From contig MTMF02000009.1 of assembly GCA_002011125.2 (NCBI GenBank), positions 1,032,989-1,096,988 of the forward strand: a DNA stretch of 64,000 bases. The letters run 5' to 3'. The notes beneath the pieces are model-generated. The model had not been told where the DNA came from, ran no database searches, and saw nothing but the letters and a program-made list of their open reading frames with translations. Source of the DNA: Candidatus Hydrothermarchaeum profundi (GTDB lineage: Archaea > Hydrothermarchaeota > Hydrothermarchaeia > Hydrothermarchaeales > Hydrothermarchaeaceae). Position 1 is the first letter of the stretch. Each line of letters starts with the position of its first letter. Both the position numbers and the translations under genes were made by a program. Below are positions 61,102 to 64,000 of the stretch, in pieces.

Positions 61102-61130
61102 ATATATATAGTATTTCCCATATACATATA
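61102..61130 (+). promoter_or_regulatory. second copy of the 29-bp motif
   Basis: ATATATATAGTATTTCCCATATACATATA, 27/29 identical to 59317-59345. Confidence 0.65.
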
Positions 61131-61356
61131 GATTTTCATAAGGAAAAAAATTACATGCACCCGGTAATAGACGAGGAGTTGAAAAAGGCCTTTAGAGGAG
61201 AGAAAAATATTGGCCCCAACTCGCTAATTAGGAACATCCTAAGCATTGTAATATTCTGTTGCAAACCAATTCAACAACTTTACTCGCGGCTATGTAAAGA
61301 CAGCATTAGAGTACGAAAATTGATTATTAAAATTAATTAGGCGGATTGGGGGTTTC

Positions 61357-64000
61357 ATGTCTAATTCCTCTAGGGAAAGGCCTGTATTGTCAGTATGGAT
61401 TCTACCGTTTATATTAGTTTTGACTATCCTCGCTTCATTAATGGCAAATTCACAAACGCAAGATGCGAATATAACAATACTCAATCCATATGAACATCCA
61501 AGATTGGGGGGAAACTGGACAATATACTTCACTACCACAGGAGAAGGAAGTCTATCGATCTATGATCACTCGTTCCCAGAGGAAGTCGAGTTTGTTGACC
61601 TTTATAAGAAGAAGAATAGTGAATGGAAAGTTGTTCCAGTAACTATCAATGATGATCTTATCCAAGCATATTGGGCATATTCTCAAGGAAAAGTTGTTTT
61701 TAAAGTTAAAACTCCTAAGAAACATATTCTTGAGATCCGATACGGTGAGCAAAAGGTATATGCTCATAATTTTGCTTCGCTTTCCGTAAATCTAAACGCT
61801 CCATCAAGAGTTCTTCGAGGGGATATCATAAACATCTCAGGGTACGCAATGAATCACAATTTATCTTCGGTTTATATTAACTACTCACTTCCAGAAGGGT
61901 TTGATATTATTTTTGGGGAGTCAAAAAAATACTGTGGAGGCTCTCCAATCTGTTGGAATAATATAACTATAAATACTTCTAGAGTCTCATTGGGAGAACA
62001 TGTTGTAAAATTAGAAGCCTGCTCATATGACATATGCGAATCTAATACTACTAAGTTAGTTATTGAAAATGTTAAAACTGTAGTAGGCGAGCCTTTACAG
62101 GGAAGGGCTATTATTGGTTTGCCAGTAGAGTGGAAGCAGGACTTCAATATATGGAACCCATCTTTAAGGAAGGTGTATAACTATACTCTTCCACTTCCAT
62201 TAGACGCTTTCGATATAAATGCGGGTAGTATAAGGGTAATAGATAATGTTCTACAGGAGATCGATGGAGGAGAAAACCTCTCTTTTTCTGTAAAATACTA
62301 TACTTCACCTCCTCTTCTAACCTCTGAAGATAAGTTACTTCTCCTCCAAGATCTCCTGCCTGATAACAGTATCGACATAAAAGTATACGAAGACGGAGTT
62401 CAATTGTTTAGTGCGTCTAATATTGACATGCTTAAAGAACTTCAATTAAAAGTGCCAGTAAAAGCGATAACAGTGTTTCAAAATTCTAGCGTAGCCTACG
62501 AGAATGTAGAGGTTAATGTGTCAGTTGAAGGAGTTCTACTTAAAAATAAAACAAAGTTAGAACCAATTAGAGCGGAATTATCAAATGGTAGCTTATTTTG
62601 GATAATTCCTCGACTTGAAAACAGCGAGACTTTTTACATTATTTCATCATATAATAAGTCTCAAGGAGAAGCTAGGGTTGGAGAAATTGTTCGATGGAGG
62701 CTAGATTTAGGTAAAAGGATAGTAGAGTACTCCACCCCATCACCAAAAATCCTAGAAACCGAGATACTAGAGAATGGAAAATGGAGTAAGGCAATTAACA
62801 TTAAGAGCGATGTTCTATTAGAGAATGTAACCGTAAATTCAACGATACCTGAAGTAAATTTCACTAAGGGTAAGAAACTAAAAATTAAACCCAAAAAAAG
62901 TTACTTCAAGGTAAATGAAAACCCGGAATTTGAAGTAGAAGTAGACACAAATATAAGTCTGATCTGGACGAATGGTACTACTCCTCTATTTAATGAAAGC
63001 ACCGACGTAACTAATGAAACATCGCATAGTGTAAGATTCTTAGATACGGATAATAATGGATTTAGTGACACTATTGTTTGGACTATTCCCTATCTAGATG
63101 AGCAAAATTACATAATCGAAAAAGATTCAGGGATAATTACTGCTGAAGTCGAGGATAGTCATGGAGTAAGAGCAGGAGTAAAGCCTAAGGTTATCAATGT
63201 AGGAGGAGGTAAATACAAACTTGAGATACCTTCAACTCGGGCTATTAAGCCAGGGTTATACAAGCTAGTAGTTGAAAGTAATGGGGAAAGAGAGGAGCTT
63301 TGGTTCCAGTGGGGATTAATCTCGATTAACACAGAAAAAGCTGTTTATCACCCAGACGAGGACGTAAAAATAATCATGGTTGTTTTGGATAAGGAAGGGC
63401 ATCTAGTATCTGGAGCAGATGTTAATCTGATTGTAAATCCTCCAATAGGACGCCCAACTACCTACTCTACTTCCGATAAAACAATTGTGGAAACCCAAAG
63501 AGGAATATATGAGGCAGTATATCGAGCAAGTCGCGAGGGAAATTATACCCTTTTTGCGTCCGTCAAAGCTCAGGATGTTGTGAGTTCTATAGACTCCTAC
63601 TTCACTGTTAGAGACTTTTATGAATTTGATATTTTGAGGAATATTCCTGTGACTATTGACCCAAGAGTTGGGCCGTTTAACTCTAGTATAAAAGTGATCT
63701 CTTATGTAGGCCATGGTACTCTAACTTTAAGAGAATACTTGCCAGCAGTGTTTGATGTAAATGCTGGTAATGCTATAATTAAAGAAGAGGGGGATACTAT
63801 TATCTTAGAATGGAAGAACCTTACAAATGGTTCTAAAGTGGTATATAAGTTCAATACGCCCTTTATATGGCCTTACTTATATATGATTGGTCCTGTTGAA
63901 ATTATTTATGATAATGGGACTTATGTTGAGGCAAGGCCTTGGATGCTTGCTGTTGATCCCTCAGAGGAAATATGTAATTGGTATGAAGATACCGTATCTT
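61357..64000 (+). CDS. second giant exported protein, >881 aa, runs off the window (absent from ORF track)
   Basis: Manual reading found no stop from ATG 61357 (GGGGG SD-like run upstream) to 64000; signal-like segment WILPFILVLTILASLMA; beta-rich domains; MG2-like INTEKAVYHPDEDVKIIMVVLDKEG; many sequons. Confidence 0.88.
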   Translation, partial: MSNSSRERPVLSVWILPFILVLTILASLMANSQTQDANITILNPYEHPRLGGNWTIYFTTTGEGSLSIYDHSFPEEVEFVDLYKKKNSEWKVVPVTINDDLIQAYWAYSQGKVVFKVKTPKKHILEIRYGEQKVYAHNFASLSVNLNAPSRVLRGDIINISGYAMNHNLSSVYINYSLPEGFDIIFGESKKYCGGSPICWNNITINTSRVSLGEHVVKLEACSYDICESNTTKLVIENVKTVVGEPLQGRAIIGLPVEWKQDFNIWNPSLRKVYNYTLPLPLDAFDINAGSIRVIDNVLQEIDGGENLSFSVKYYTSPPLLTSEDKLLLLQDLLPDNSIDIKVYEDGVQLFSASNIDMLKELQLKVPVKAITVFQNSSVAYENVEVNVSVEGVLLKNKTKLEPIRAELSNGSLFWIIPRLENSETFYIISSYNKSQGEARVGEIVRWRLDLGKRIVEYSTPSPKILETEILENGKWSKAINIKSDVLLENVTVNSTIPEVNFTKGKKLKIKPKKSYFKVNENPEFEVEVDTNISLIWTNGTTPLFNESTDVTNETSHSVRFLDTDNNGFSDTIVWTIPYLDEQNYIIEKDSGIITAEVEDSHGVRAGVKPKVINVGGGKYKLEIPSTRAIKPGLYKLVVESNGEREELWFQWGLISINTEKAVYHPDEDVKIIMVVLDKEGHLVSGADVNLIVNPPIGRPTTYSTSDKTIVETQRGIYEAVYRASREGNYTLFASVKAQDVVSSIDSYFTVRDFYEFDILRNIPVTIDPRVGPFNSSIKVISYVGHGTLTLREYLPAVFDVNAGNAIIKEEGDTIILEWKNLTNGSKVVYKFNTPFIWPYLYMIGPVEIIYDNGTYVEARPWMLAVDPSEEICNWYEDTVS

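Noticed and set aside
61155-61340. 61-aa ORF upstream of the second giant gene
   Set aside because: Its position after the 29-bp motif is plausible for a leader gene, but it has no recognisable motif or SD; left uncalled.
591-63714. Many 60-180 aa ORFs in the track lying antisense to, or inside, recognised genes (e.g. 35094-35639, 52807-53286, 59944-60408, 61290-63714 minus)
   Set aside because: Shadow ORFs with Ser/Ile/Phe-rich antisense composition, no motifs, and full overlap with well-supported genes.
1-64000. CRISPR array, rRNA, intein or selenocysteine recoding
   Set aside because: No regularly spaced repeats, no rRNA-like tract, no oversized housekeeping ORFs and no in-frame TGA in conserved genes were seen.

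Overview
Densely coded, AT-rich archaeal chromosome segment. The archaeal assignment rests on aRF1, aIF5A, SRP54, Rpl21e-Rpo4-DUF655-KsgA, thermosome, GGGP synthase and class I LysRS. Methanogen-associated genes (MtxX, marker-11-like, MfnB, HisA/F-like) together with CcmF and AOR suggest an anaerobic euryarchaeote, possibly Hydrothermarchaeota-like; this is inference only. About 1-46 kb is mostly housekeeping. Three non-routine blocks stand out. (i) 23.9-28.1 kb: a four-gene operon led by an MtmB-family methyltransferase with Val at the pyrrolysine position, followed by a marker-11-like protein, a radical SAM enzyme and a Cys-rich protein, with no corrinoid partner. (ii) 46.1-49.9 kb: a decaying island after tRNA-Leu(CAA), with a GH113-like exported protein, a frameshifted paralog and probable transposase debris. 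(iii) 52.3-64 kb: two divergent giant surface-protein genes flanking a regulatory cassette (AbrB-PhoU-like, wHTH, KaiC-like ATPase, and an apparently catalytically dead IS6-transposase-derived protein coupled to the ATPase), with DNA motifs shared between the intergenic regions. I also found items the ORF track lacks: rpl40e, the probable ATT start of ilvA and the open-ended giant ORF from 61357. All family calls come from motif recognition by eye; no searches were run.
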